From Auanema rhodensis (taxonomy: Eukaryota; Animalia; Nematoda), in contig OZ059896.1 in the NCBI GenBank assembly GCA_964057225.1, positions 14,136,001 through 14,200,000 on the forward strand: 64,000 nt of DNA, written 5' to 3'. The first letter of the stretch is position 1. Every line of letters begins with the position of its first letter. Positions 25,301-37,730 of the stretch are shown here, one piece after another. The position numbers and the translations under genes are program-made. The notes beneath the pieces are model-generated. The model ran no database searches. It was not told where the DNA came from and saw nothing but the letters and a program-made list of their open reading frames with translations.

Positions 25301-28300
25301 AAATACAGAACTCAAGGAGTACAAATTTGGCTCACAATTCAAGTTGGAAGTGAGCAAAACAGTTCGTCGACAACGTAAGTTTTTTTTAGTTTCATTATAA
25401 GGGTAATGCGTAAACCGATGTAAAACACATTGATTTGCGGAATCTGTATATTACGCAATTACACGGGTCTACTTGTATTTCTCTCTATCGACCTTGCGCG
25501 ACAAAACCGGAAAGTTGTCGTTCTATGAATCAATTCCCTGTTTTTTTCATCATACAAATTCTATTTTCGAGTCGAAACTTTTGAGAGCACTAAATGCGTC
25601 TCTATGTTTTCATAGTGTTTAGCAAGTACTAGAGTCTTCCAGCCTCTCACCAAATCATTCGCTTTTCTGTTTACTGTTATCGATAGGACCGCGTAGCTTG
25701 TTTGTTTTTCAAGTGGAGGTTCACAAATTTTAAAAATTTTTCTTACAATTTAAAAACTTCATAATAGTTTCTATAAGAAATACCGCTTTTCAACAAACTG
25801 AAATATGAGAGCCGTAGTATGAGGGTTCTTTCGTTGTTAATCACTACTCGGGCTGCCAACAGTCTTATCACTAAATGCGTAATATTCTTTCAGAATGCAA
25901 GAAATGAGATAGAGAGTATAGAAGAAAATGAGAGAAGATATATTCTGTGTGTATGTTCTTTTGCAAAATGGGTGACAGATGTCCTATGCTTTTCGAATTC
26001 TGTTCTCTGCTTCTCCAGATTTCATAGTTGTGACTATCACGCATGCTTCTCTAAAGTTTTAAAATGTTAACTGGCCGAATTGATGTTTCCGCCGCCCAGC
26101 ATAAGAAAAAAAACTATTGATTTCTGTGTTCTTACTTTCACTGCTTCGAGTATAATCTCTGATATCGGAGAAGCCATTTGCAACAGTTTTTTCTTAGTAT
26201 TTTCCGGATAGAGAAGCAGGAAATATGGGATTAGGGAATGATGGAAGGGTCGTTGAGCCTAACAGATAGAAGTGTGCTTTCTGTGTTCCTCGATTGAGAT
26301 CAAATTTCCCTAAGTAAATCTATGCTTCTATGAGCCAGCTGTTTCTTACGATGTTTATTTCCACCCTAGGACACTCTGTTGTTACTTATCTTACTATTAG
26401 AACATCTCCACAAAATATAAATGTTGAAAACAAACGAAAATCATATTGAAAGAAATGTATTTCGTGTATGGGTGTATTGCTTTCGAATTTACATCATAAT
26501 CTGGACTGGTCGCAGTCATCATCATATACATCAGTCAATTCACCAACAATTATATTGTTTTTCAAGCCTGTTGTTCAATATGTTTTCCGGTAGCTAGCCA
26601 ACTCATTCAAGCGAGAAAAGAGCAATATGGCTAGTTCTGACCCTCTATGGTCGACAGACATGATGAATTTTTCCAAATAAATGGGCTGCGGCAAGAGAAG
26701 ACCATGCCTGAAGAGATAATTAATTTTCTCCAAATGCAAGAAGCTAAGAGAACGTCCTTAACAATTAAAATTAATCTATACAGTCGTAGTGTTATGATGC
26801 AAATTGGAAAATATGTTTTAAATATAGCTAATAGTTTATTTTCAGTAAAAGGATCGCCAAAGATTCCTCCTAGCGAGCAGTATGTTAATCAGAGCTCTCC
26901 GATCGCTCTTCAAAATACTCAGCATAAACTGCATTGTTTCTTCTCAGGATAGTGAGTTTTAAAAACTTTTTTGTCATTATTCATCCAAATTTGTTTGATT
27001 TTTCTCTCATTTATTCCTATTCTGCTAGTTTGCGGAGGAAGAAAGTACTCCAAGGGTTCATCCTTGTATTCCGTTTCTATTTCTTTGAGAAAGACTGAAA
27101 GGCCGGAAGGAAGTTGCATGGCGCTTGTCAGGGGTGGATTATCGGACTTCAATCTTCTCTCAAAAGAAAGATTTCACGACATTACATAATGAGATATAGT
27201 TTGGGTCGCATTGCTTATTTTCACCCGAATGTGGTTCACTTTACCACTTAGAGAAAATTTAACTATAATATTTTCCAAATTTGGTCCCCTTGCAGATTTT
27301 TAGTATTAGTTTATAAAGTGAACGCTCAATTGAAAGAAAACACTGCTCTTTATATTCAAATAGTTAGAATTATACGAAATTTAGCCATTCTGGTGGTGCC
27401 ATCCAACGATCGAGCATAGTTCTCCTCTGGGACATCGAAAAGTCATCAAGACTAACCGATGGACAATAGTCGCAGTAGTATGTCACTCCTTTCATTGAGA
27501 CAGGAATGACGATCGAAGAGTGAAAGACATAAAGCTTCTCATGAATTTTCATAGTCGTAAAATAGCATTGAAGGCAACGTATTAGTATATTCACTTGAAG
27601 TTCTTTTTTTAGTTGAGGTTGTTTGGCTACTCTTATGCTTCTAGTTCTCGTTTTATGTGCCATGCTCATTATCATCGAATATTAATGCTAATTTGAGCCA
27701 GACTTCATGAAATCTGCCTCTCTTGAAGCATCAAAGTCTTTTGTAAAGCCATACATCGTTCTTACCCATATTCTATTCATGGATCTATTGCAGAGGCTAA
27801 TTGATAGAAGATTAGTGGGACCCTTCGGGGCAATTCTATTCGTTTATTATATATCTCGAGATCTTGCTGTTCTGCTTGACCGACTGTTTTCCTCTATTTG
27901 GTTGTTTCTTCCTGGAGGTGACCTCTCCCTTGAAGATCAATATTCCTATTTGAAACATTAACTCGATGTGCATTTGAGAGAAAGGCTATGCCAATTGTAT
28001 TAGGTGCTTGTCCTCTTTCTCTCTGGAGGTGAATTCACTTGTGCTTCTCATTCTATTTACGGGAGATATCGATCTTGTTTGAGGCAACATGGTGAATAAC
28101 GACTAGTCTTCTCTCATTATCGACATTTCGTCGTTATTGACGCTCAGGTGCATTTGGCCTGATGACTGGCATAAATGCGTAAATACCGAATTAAGTGTAA
28201 TTATGGATGCGAACTATTAGCATAATCCGCTGTTTTATTATTTCTGAAATGAACTCACATTAAGGTGATCTGTTCATGAAGATGCTATAAACACGATACG

Positions 28301-31300
28301 CTTCTTTTGATGAAGAATTAGAGAGATGCGCGTAGATTGATGTTATTTTGTATTAAAACGGGCATTATGAATCCTATAGTGGAACAGCAACAATCGTATA
28401 TCATCGTAGAGCTTCGCCATATGGGTAATATTGGGGCTATAACAATAATATATTAATTCTAAAGGGATTTATATACGAGAGCTGAAAATTTGTTTTTTAT
28501 TCATTACGTCTTTTTTTAATATGTGAATACTTTAGAAAAATAATAATTAACATTTTCAGTCCATTACCAAAGCCAACATGGTATCATAATGGCATAGCTA
28601 TTGATGAAGACAGAACTGAGTTTTATAGATTTGAAGCCTTTGGCAAAACATTAGTAAGTTATTTTCTTATATGTTTCATAGCTGTGTTTAGCGTGATTGT
28701 TAATTTTCGTTTTTCAGGTATTCAATGTCACTCAAGAGAGAGCTGGAAAGTATGATTGCCAGTTCCCAGATCACGATTCGTTGGATAGAACATTCAATGT
28801 CGTTGTTGAGGGTTAGTTCTTGCATATTTGATCGAATTGCTTGCTTTGGCCTTCATTAGAAATAACCCAGTCAGCTTTGAATAATGAATTTTTAAATTAA
28901 TGAAAACTAGGGGAAGGAATGAATAAAACGAGTTTGATGTACTGGCTACAATATCCAAAAAAGCCGCTCAGTTACAGTCGTTGTTTTATCAGTGTTGATA
29001 TTCACTAATTTCCAAAGATCAAATTAGATCTTTTAATCATCTGTCACAATCTTGTAGCAATATGAACTTTCAGCTGCACCATACTGGCCTGATGGACCTC
29101 CACCACATACAAACACAAGTGAGGGAGAAACTGTAACATTTGATTGTACTACCAGCGGAAAACCAGCTCCCATAGTTACATTCTACAAGAATGGAATTCG
29201 TAAGCTTCACTTAATTTCTTTTTGTTTTCCAAATTTCTTAATAGTTTTATTATGTATTCATATAATATTTTTTTTAGAAATGAAACAAAGTGACGGTAGA
29301 AGCGGCAAAGTGGTTATAGATGGTAGTAAATTGACTATTTATGATGTCAAAAAAGGAACCACTGATGCTGGTGACAATGCTGTGTATCAATGCAAAGCAG
29401 AGAACAAGCATGGTTATGTATGGGCCAATTTTTATCTCAATTTGTTAGGTAATCTGCAAAAAACTTTTTTCGTGGTTTATTATAAGTTTTTTTCAGCTTT
29501 CAAACCACAATTATTAACTGATTCCGGTGAAGTTGAAGCTGTTTCCGGTCAATCAGTTACTTTAAGTTGTAAATTCTTCGCTAGTCCTAATGCTAATGTT
29601 ACTTGGAGCAGTCCTAAACTTCAGGTTTTCATTTTTTTTTGTATGTTATGCAACTCAAGATGCTTAAGGGTGCTGAACATGTTCAAGTTCCTACTGATCG
29701 TCATGGTGTAGGAAAACTTGTTATTAATAGTTAGTTAATCAAGTAGACTTTTATTCGTTATTTATTTGTTTCAGATGTAAAAGCCGAAAATGAGGGAGAA
29801 TATGAATGTTTAGCTCATAACAAATATGGGCAAGCCCGCGGAAGCTCAAGATTGCTAGTCAGAAGTGAGTTAGTCTTAAGTATTCTTCACTATTCTGGAA
29901 AATGTCAGAACCAACAATGCTTCTGCCTTTCCAAAAGCCAGAGGAAGTATTCGCTGCTGGAGAGCCATTCAGACTTCCTTGTGAAGCCACCGCTGACGAG
30001 AAGCTTGATGTTAACTATGAATGGCTTGTAAATGGTGAACCTCTTCTTGAAACTCATGTGAATTCCGGTCATTACACGGTAGTAACATACTAGTAGAGAT
30101 TTAAAATTATTATTTTTTCATATTTTTCAGATCGAATCCGACAATACTCTTGTAGTAAACGATCCAAGTCCCTATGATTCTGCGAAATATAGGTGTATTG
30201 CTTCAACGAAATTGGACAAGGTTGAAAAAGAAGTTAGCGTTCACATCAAAGGTAAAAGTTTGAAGATTTAATGTATTTGACAACCTTGTCAAGATAGTTT
30301 TTCCGTTTTGCTTCATTTTAACATCATAAATCTTTTTTTGTTTAAGACGTTCCTGTGCCAGTTTCATGGGCCAAATTAGCTAATTGTGCTGCTCAGTCTG
30401 TTGAAGTTAAATTCCAACATCAGGAACCAGCTGATACCATTTCACCTGTCACTGAATTCTGGTGAGTTAAGATGATATCGTAGTTTTACTATGAACCTAT
30501 TATAGGATTCACTATCAAATTGATCCAACAACCGATGGAAATCAATGGAGAACTCATCCAGTTCCAGTATATGCCAAAGACAAGGATCCCATTTCTGATG
30601 GGATGAGAACTGTTTCTGGATCTGCCACCATTTCTCTTCAGCCATATGGACATGTAAGTTAGTCTTTGTTTTGTTTTTCTCAAATCCCTTTTCAGTATGA
30701 ATTCCGAGTAATTGCACGTAACGCTGTTGGTGACAGTGCTCCTACTAAAGCTCGTGATCGTTGCAATACGGATCCTCAACAACCAGATCGTAATCCAATT
30801 TTCATGTCAGCTCGTGGTGCCAGCCCAGAAAACATTATCGTTAACTGGAAACCGATGACTAGAGAAGAATGGAATGGTCCTGATTTCCACTATGTTGTCA
30901 AGTATGGCTACTTTTATTGTTCTTATCATATCTCAAATCTTGTTTTGATAGGTATCGCCCGAAGGACAGTCGCGAAGATTTTAAGACTATCCAAGTACGT
31001 GATCCTTTTGCCGACAAAGTGACAGTAAATGTTGACGAAGATGATAGCGATGTCAAGCCATTCCAACCTTATGAGATACAGGTCCGAATTTTGTATTCGA
31101 TTGAGATTGTGAGGGATTTCAATTTAGATTCAAGCAGTTAATGCTGAAGGAGTAGCTTTAGTTGAACCACAAATTGAAGAAGGATACACCGGGGAAGGAG
31201 TGCCAAGTAGTATTCCAACTGGCTTCCGACTTGTTAGCACCGTAAGGGTTTTATTATTTTTAAATCAGTTTAAACCTAAAAATTGTAGGAAGGGACATCA

Positions 31301-34300
31301 GCTACATTCGCTTGGAGTGCGGTTGAACCACATTCTGCTAATGGTAACTTCAGTGGATATAAAGTAATAATTTTTGATATTTGTTCTTTTCAAATTAATT
31401 TTCACAGGTGACCTACTGGCATGATGTTGCTGATGAAGAAGACGAGGAAGAAGAAGAAGAAGAGGATATTGGAGAAGCTCGTTATCGCCGAAATCATCAT
31501 ACTAAGGTGATTAGTTTTTAAACAAAGAAGCCTTGTAATTAAAAATGATTTAGCGTGTAAAGAGGCAAGCTGTCTCCAAGCAAAAGACAGCCATTTTTGG
31601 ACCATCTGCAACAACTGGTATTATCACCGATTTAAAGCCCGACACCGTCAATTATGCTACCATTCAAGTATGTTTCCACTTTAATTCTTCTTATTTATTA
31701 TTTTTATTTTTAAGGTTATTAATAATGCTCACGAAGGAGCACCCTCCGAACCAATTCGTTTTAAAACTGCTGAAGGAGGTTTTCATTTTTCACACTTTCA
31801 TTTCTTTATATATTTTTTAAGTCCCAACTGCTGTTCGTAATCTCCGAGCTTATCCTATGAATTCGAAGAGCAATAGCGAAAAGGGTGTAGTTGTTCTGCT
31901 CTGGAAAAGACCACGTCAGGCTAATGGAAAAATCCTTCATTATATGGTTTCTAAAATAGCATCTTTTGTTTAATTTATTAATCTGTTTAGGTAAGCCATT
32001 GTCGCTCTCAAAACGGCAAAGTTATTGAGAAAGATTGTCCAAAGGAAGAGATTACTCCTGATAAAAAGCAGCTTCGGGTGTCTGGACTCGAATATGAAAC
32101 AGAATATCAATTCTCTATTCGTGCTCACACTGGAGCCGGAGAAGGAGATCCAAGCAGCAGCAAGGCTACCACCCTACCCGAATCCGTCACACCTGGTTAG
32201 TTAAATTATTAGGTTTTGATTAAGCTCACCTTCCGGTTAGGCAATATGCTTATTGAAAAGCAGTGCTGGTTTTGTTTCTTGTAATCCCTTTTCCGGATTG
32301 TTAGTTCATATAGTTTGAGAGAGTGTTTCCAAAAAAGAGGGAACATGTTGACGCTCACCTATTGCGAGCGCGGCTATGGGCGTGGCAAGAGGGCTCAGCT
32401 GGCTATTGCCTATCGCCCTAATTCCCCCCAGCACCCTCTGTCTATACACATTCAGTTATTCTTATACACTCAATAGACAGTAGAATATGAAAGCTACTCG
32501 TCTTACTTTTATTCCGATGTTTCTGCCGCTTCTGCTAGTTTTTTTTCTGGGAGCTCTAGGTATAAATATTTTTAAAGTTGCTACGGTTACTTGTTTTTTA
32601 AACGCAGTATCTTTGAGTAGTTCTATGATTTAAAGTACATATAACGTTAATAGATTTACCTCTTAAGTCCTGTTTTGGTTTAAATACAATAATCGAACAA
32701 TACATTTTTGCAACTATAGTTTTCGTAAGCTATAGAAATTGTCGTTCTTGAAGTTTTCTTTAGTATTTCAAGTGTCCTTCCAAACTATTGCCATTAGTGG
32801 ACTCGGAAATACTTTTAAAGAGTAAACTAACAAACTCATCATTTTCCTCTTGCGCGCTTAAAAATGGACATAGGATGATGAGGGTTTTAGGAAAATTTTT
32901 GTCGCCAGATAACGATTTGTCGAGCAAGCCTAGCGTCTAATTTGATTGTGTCCAATTGCAATAAAGTGAAGGTTCTGAAGAATTGTTTCTGGGCATTCGT
33001 TAACGATCCTGCCATTTCCTTCGACCATATGTGTTTGCTGACCGAGATTACCAGTTACCAGAGTAATCTTTTAAAGCAGCATCGGTGTTGCATATTATAA
33101 CTGGTTGTCCGGTCGAGTGGCAGGTGGTGTACGTAATCCGCCTCAGATCTCTCAAACCATGCTCGTCTTAGTTTCGCATGAGAGTACATATAGATGTGTA
33201 GTATGCATAAAAGGGGTAGTTCATTGAAATTCGAAACATGTTTTGTAATTATGAAATTGTAAAGCTGTCGCTTATTTAATTTTCTTTTGCAGCTGATCCT
33301 GGTGTTCCCACTTTCAAAGAAGAAGATATAGGAAATGATTACTTCAATGTTACATTCTTCCCATCCGATTTTGACAAAAAGGTATATCTATATTATTTTC
33401 GTTTTTGTTCCACATCAAGGTTTTTAGACCAATGCTCCTGTCGGAAATCACTATCTCGTCCAATACAAGGAGTCGGACTCAGAAGATTGGAAGGAAATGA
33501 GACCTGAAGGTATTAATTTCAGAGAGAACTTCGTGCATGAAACATATCGTTCCTTTAAGGAGATGATTTGACAGCCACTGTCGCTGGATTAGTTCCCGGG
33601 ACCGAATATGATGTTCGTGTGGCTGCTCTGCAACGAGATGAAAAGAATAATGAGTTTTCGACCTTCTCTCAGATAGGTCACATCACTACAACTGGCCGAT
33701 GTGAGTTTTGACTCAGTATTATTGCGGAGATGGCCTATAGTTAGGATCCGGAGGAGGGTAAAGAGATTCGCTAATAGTACAGATTGGTCTCTATATCCCT
33801 CGTCTGCTAGGACAATCTAACTAGAGTCATCGAGAGTTAGCCATCTCAGCGCGACCTTTAGTTTCCTTTTCCTCATCATTCGATTTTCAGCCCCACGACA
33901 GGCACGCCTGTGGCTTTTGTTGCTGATCCTATTGATTCTCCTGCTCCTATTGATCATTTTATGTATTATTTGTGTAGCTATGCGACACAGAGGACAAAAC
34001 TATCCTGTGTCAGAAAAGGAGCGAGAACAGGGAAGGGAACCAATTTTAGGAAAGCAGCACTTTGGAGAATTTAGAAAGTGAGTAAGCCAAAATTTCTTTT
34101 TCTTGGCTTAGTTTTTACATCAACATTGGTTCTGGGCTAATTTCAAATTTGTTTATAGTGACGATGAGAAACGATCATTGACCGGAAGCAAGGCCGAATC
34201 GGAGACTGATAGTATGGCTGAATACGGAGATACAGATCCTGGCCGATTCACAGAAGATGGCTCTTTTATCGGTCAGTTTCTGTGATATATTAGCTCAAAC

Positions 34301-34393
34301 GTTAGTATCGAAATTTTAGGACAATACGTGCCGCAGAATAAGTTGCTTCCAGCCGAACGTCCTGAAAAGGGTAGTACTTCAACTTTCGTCTAG
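22357..34393 (+). CDS. sax-7: L1CAM/neuroglian-family cell adhesion molecule SAX-7 (LAD-1), long isoform, 1331 aa
   Basis: 35 exons: 22357-22414, 22476-22558, 22605-22699, 22744-22820, 22865-22975, 23148-23250, 23294-23372, 25227-25374, 26846-26951, 28560-28653, 28718-28811, 29074-29199, 29278-29448, 29497-29624, 29669-29729, 29775-29864, 29909-30078, 30131-30251, 30347-30461, 30506-30653, 30696-30901, 30952-31081, 31128-31241, 31289-31363, 31408-31506, 31554-31667, 31715-31778, 31822-31946, 31991-32195, 33293-33381, 33428-33509, 33560-33700, 33891-34077, 34159-34271, 34320-34393. Sum 3996 nt, all phases agree. Signal peptide, six Ig domains (e.g. [22 protein letters not shown]), five FnIII, TM ([25 protein letters not shown]), then tail RGQNYPV...[24 protein letters not shown]...GSTSTFV with ankyrin-binding FIGQY and a PDZ-binding end. 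Confidence 0.97.
24600..24845 (+). promoter_or_regulatory. GC-rich island in sax-7 intron 7, candidate internal promoter (short isoform)
   Basis: Most GC-rich patch of the window by eye: GA-rich tract, GC box GGGCGGGGCGCG near 24725, CCG repeats near 24781-24795; located inside the Ig2-coding region. Confidence 0.5.
26955..27945 (-). pseudogene. Possible decayed coding fragment nested antisense in sax-7 intron 9
   Basis: One minus-strand frame can be followed for about 330 codons with about 7 stops and one frameshift in an A-run. It includes ORFs 27675-27370 (IRCLQC...YYCDYC) and 27152-26919. Confidence 0.3.
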
Positions 34394-36122
34394 AAAATTT
34401 TTTTTTGTCTGTTTTCCAAACTTTTATCCCACCCAGTGCTCTTTGCTTCGACTCTGGTCGTTTCTCTCCCGGTTGAACAACATTCCCTTCATGAAATTTT
34501 TGTTTAATACAATCGGATCGGGTAGTCTTTACTTTGGCTGTCTCGTGTCTTTCTGTCTTATTTAATGTTTAGTAATAAGTGCTCTAAGGGATTGTAGCGG
34601 AATATATCAAAAATTGTCTTGCTATCATCTCTTAGAATAATTGATCTTACAGTCATCTTTTTTTTCTTGAATGCTTCTCTTTTCTCTATGCTCTTCTGCC
34701 ATACGAACCCTTTCCTCTTATTCTAGAGAACTTCATTTGTTCCTAGAGAACAAGAATCCTTTGGTTTTATGACATTATAGGTTTGTCACGTATTGCTAAC
34801 TATATGATATAGTATAGCTAGATAATTATAAGTATAACTTAGATAAATCGTGCCCAACAGGCCATTATGATACTCTCTGGTTTACTGAATTGAAGTTATA
34901 AGATGTTGACATCTTGTAACCACAGCACACAACTAACTATAAAAACAAGTACATAATTAAATTTAAACTAATATTATTAACAGATATTTTTTAAAACTTT
35001 TTAGTTTTGGATATTTTCTAACCATTACCCAGATGTAGTAGAATATCTAACTATACTATAACCAAAGCTATATTCGTATCATGGGCAAAATTTCTGACTT
35101 TACCTCTCCAATGGTGGGGGTAAAGGATAGAAGAACACTCCATGCACGCTAACAAGCACTCAGAAAAGAAGAAGAGAGGTATATGATGTGTGTGAAACGA
35201 ATGATCCAGAAGGTTCATCTATTAGGATATCACAATTCTCTTTTAAATCTTTTCAAAGCCTTCTGTTTCAATGAAAGTTACATCTAATCGGTTCACTTTC
35301 TTTCTATACATCTATTCTTCTTAGTTTTTTTCTTTTTATATTTAACTGTTTTGCTATCTTTTTTTAATTTTTTTTCCTGAAAAAAATATATTAGCTTTAT
35401 TCATAATTGTATCTCTAATGATTTTTATAAGCCAGTGCACAACTTGATAACGAATCAATATTCGTTTTATCATTTTAAGCTATGCTTATTCATATTTTAT
35501 ATATCTATATCTATCTGTCTCTCTCTCTCTCTATATATATATATAAATATATATTATATGAAAAGATTTTTGTGATTTTATATGATTAGTATGTATTCTT
35601 CATGTCATTTAAGTATGCGATCTCACTATGTTGAGTTCGATTCTTCTTATTTCCTTATTGTTGTCCCGGCTCGTTCACATTCACGAGCTACTGTTTGATA
35701 AACTTGTTAAGTTCTAGAAAATGTGTTCTTTAATATAGATTCAGATCCTATAAATCAATTTTTTTGTTCTGTTTCGTTTATTTTCATTTGAGTGGAAAGA
35801 GATATCAAGTGGATGATATATTTAACCAATGGATGTATGTACGTGTTAAGCATTGCAGCTTTATCTATTAGCCTAAATTCGTATACTTCTTCAAAATTTA
35901 ACAGAAGGTAAAGTATAGCATAACTAGATATATAAACGACAAAAGGATGTCCCTCGTTGTTCTCGTTCATATCCTTTTTCCTTCCGTTATCTTTTCAATC
36001 TTCATTTGGCTCTTTTGCACAGATACATATTTTGCTGTTTTTGTGAGAAAATTCACAAAACTGCTGGATAACGCATTGTGTTATTTTAATCAGAAATGGC
36101 TTCATTTCAATCCTTTTCATCT

Positions 36123-36128
36123 AATAAA
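36123..36128 (+). terminator. Candidate poly(A) signal of sax-7 (3' UTR about 1.75 kb)
   Basis: AATAAA just before the point (about 36.3-36.5 kb) where T-rich plus-strand skew flips to A-rich. Confidence 0.35.
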
Positions 36129-36396
36129 CTCTAAAAAAGAAATATTATTGCTTTCGCTCATTGAATACTTCCTTCTTTTCTTTAACGATTAGCGAAAGTC
36201 GATATAGTTTTCCGCTACCTTGGTAACATATGATGCTCCTAGGCTAACTGCTCTGCTTACTTGGTTGTTTATATACATGTATTGTGTGTTTAAAAAAATA
36301 TTCTTATACAGTGTGTTGAAAAGGAGAAAAGAACAATAGAACATATCCTGTCTTACGGTTGACTAGCAGTCAAAAGATTGAATGAATTGAAGAATT

Positions 36397-36402
36397 TTTA
36401 TT
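36397..36402 (-). terminator. Candidate poly(A) signal of nsy-7 (3' UTR about 1.35 kb)
   Basis: TTTATT on plus = AATAAA on minus, at the skew switch between the convergent genes. Confidence 0.35.
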
Positions 36403-36608
36403 TACTGTTCTGTTTAAACATAAAGGAAACCGTACATAGGCAGAGCTCGAATAATTAAAGTTATACTGTTTTCTCAACAAGCTATTATGCTTATTAAAGA
36501 TGATGAAGAGTAACATTTTTGAAATTTAGAAGAATATATAAAATAATTTTCTTGTTTTCTTCAAATAATTCAATAATAATTATAATAATATTAATAATAA
36601 TAATAAAA

Positions 36609-36633
36609 GATGATGATGATGATGATGATGATG
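36609..36633. repeat. (GAT)n microsatellite
   Basis: About 8 GAT units flanked by AAT repeats; source of the poly-Met ORF. Confidence 0.85.
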
Positions 36634-37730
36634 ATTGTGGATGATAAGAATGATAATAATGATGATGATAATAATGAGAAATGTTCTGTCACAGATAAGG
36701 AAAGAGTTTTGTGTTTGGAAAATAATAGGATATCAAATAATTTTACGTATACTTACAACAAAAATATAAAAATCACAGTACTTTTTTGGGTAAACATGAG
36801 AATACCAGCACAAAAAAGGATACGTCTCCTAACATCTAAAACAATATATCATGATAAGCCCTTAGGCAAGAGGAATAAGAATAGAGAGAGAGAGAGAGAG
36901 ACAGAGAGAGAAGGAAAGGAGAAAATAATAGAGAGAAACATTGAGAAAAGGTGAGTCAAAAGAATGGAGTCGAATTGTATAATAAGATATTTGAGAATAG
37001 AAACGAGAAAATGAATTATTACGTAGAAGCCTAAAAAATGTTTTTCGATCATTTCTGGGAACTTTTCGACAAAAAATTCGTTGCCGAAAAGAATTAAACT
37101 CAAATATCTTATTAGAATTTAATAGAAAATTAATGAAGAATCACAAAAAAAAACCAGAAAGAATTTGTTGAGATGAGATATCATTTGATAAGAATTGATG
37201 GCGATATGCCTCATTCTGGTCATTGTTTAAAGAAAAAAAACATAAAGACGATGACTAGGATGAAAGTATCGGAAGATCGTAGTATAAGCTCCTTCGTTAT
37301 AATAAGCTCATCTTGTCTCTATGTTTTAGTTTAAAGTTTAAAGTTTGTTCTTAAAATAATTGTGACAGAGAGCTTATTATAACTGTTTTTCGGAGCAAGC
37401 TTGGAATTTCAAATAGGAAGTCGTATACAAGAATTTTCAAATAGAATATTAATATCCAATATACAAAACTAATCAAAATCTAATGTTAATTATAAATATT
37501 TAGGAGATGAATAGTGGGACGACGAAGATGAACAAAAAATTATTTTTTTGTGCAAAAAAATTAAAAAGTGTACTGGCACAGACTATATTTTCTCGTTTTT
37601 GTCTACGTTATCTCGGTAAGTCAGCGGTTCAAGTAATAAGAATTTGAGTAATATCTATCCAAGGAACAAGAAGAAACTCAAAAACGAGTTATCACTGACA
37701 TGATACTCGTTTAATATCAAAAGGAAAAGC

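Noticed and set aside
26225-26269. MGLG... ORF as a sax-7 short-isoform first exon
   Set aside because: Stops after 14 codons, with no hydrophobic core or suitable donor.
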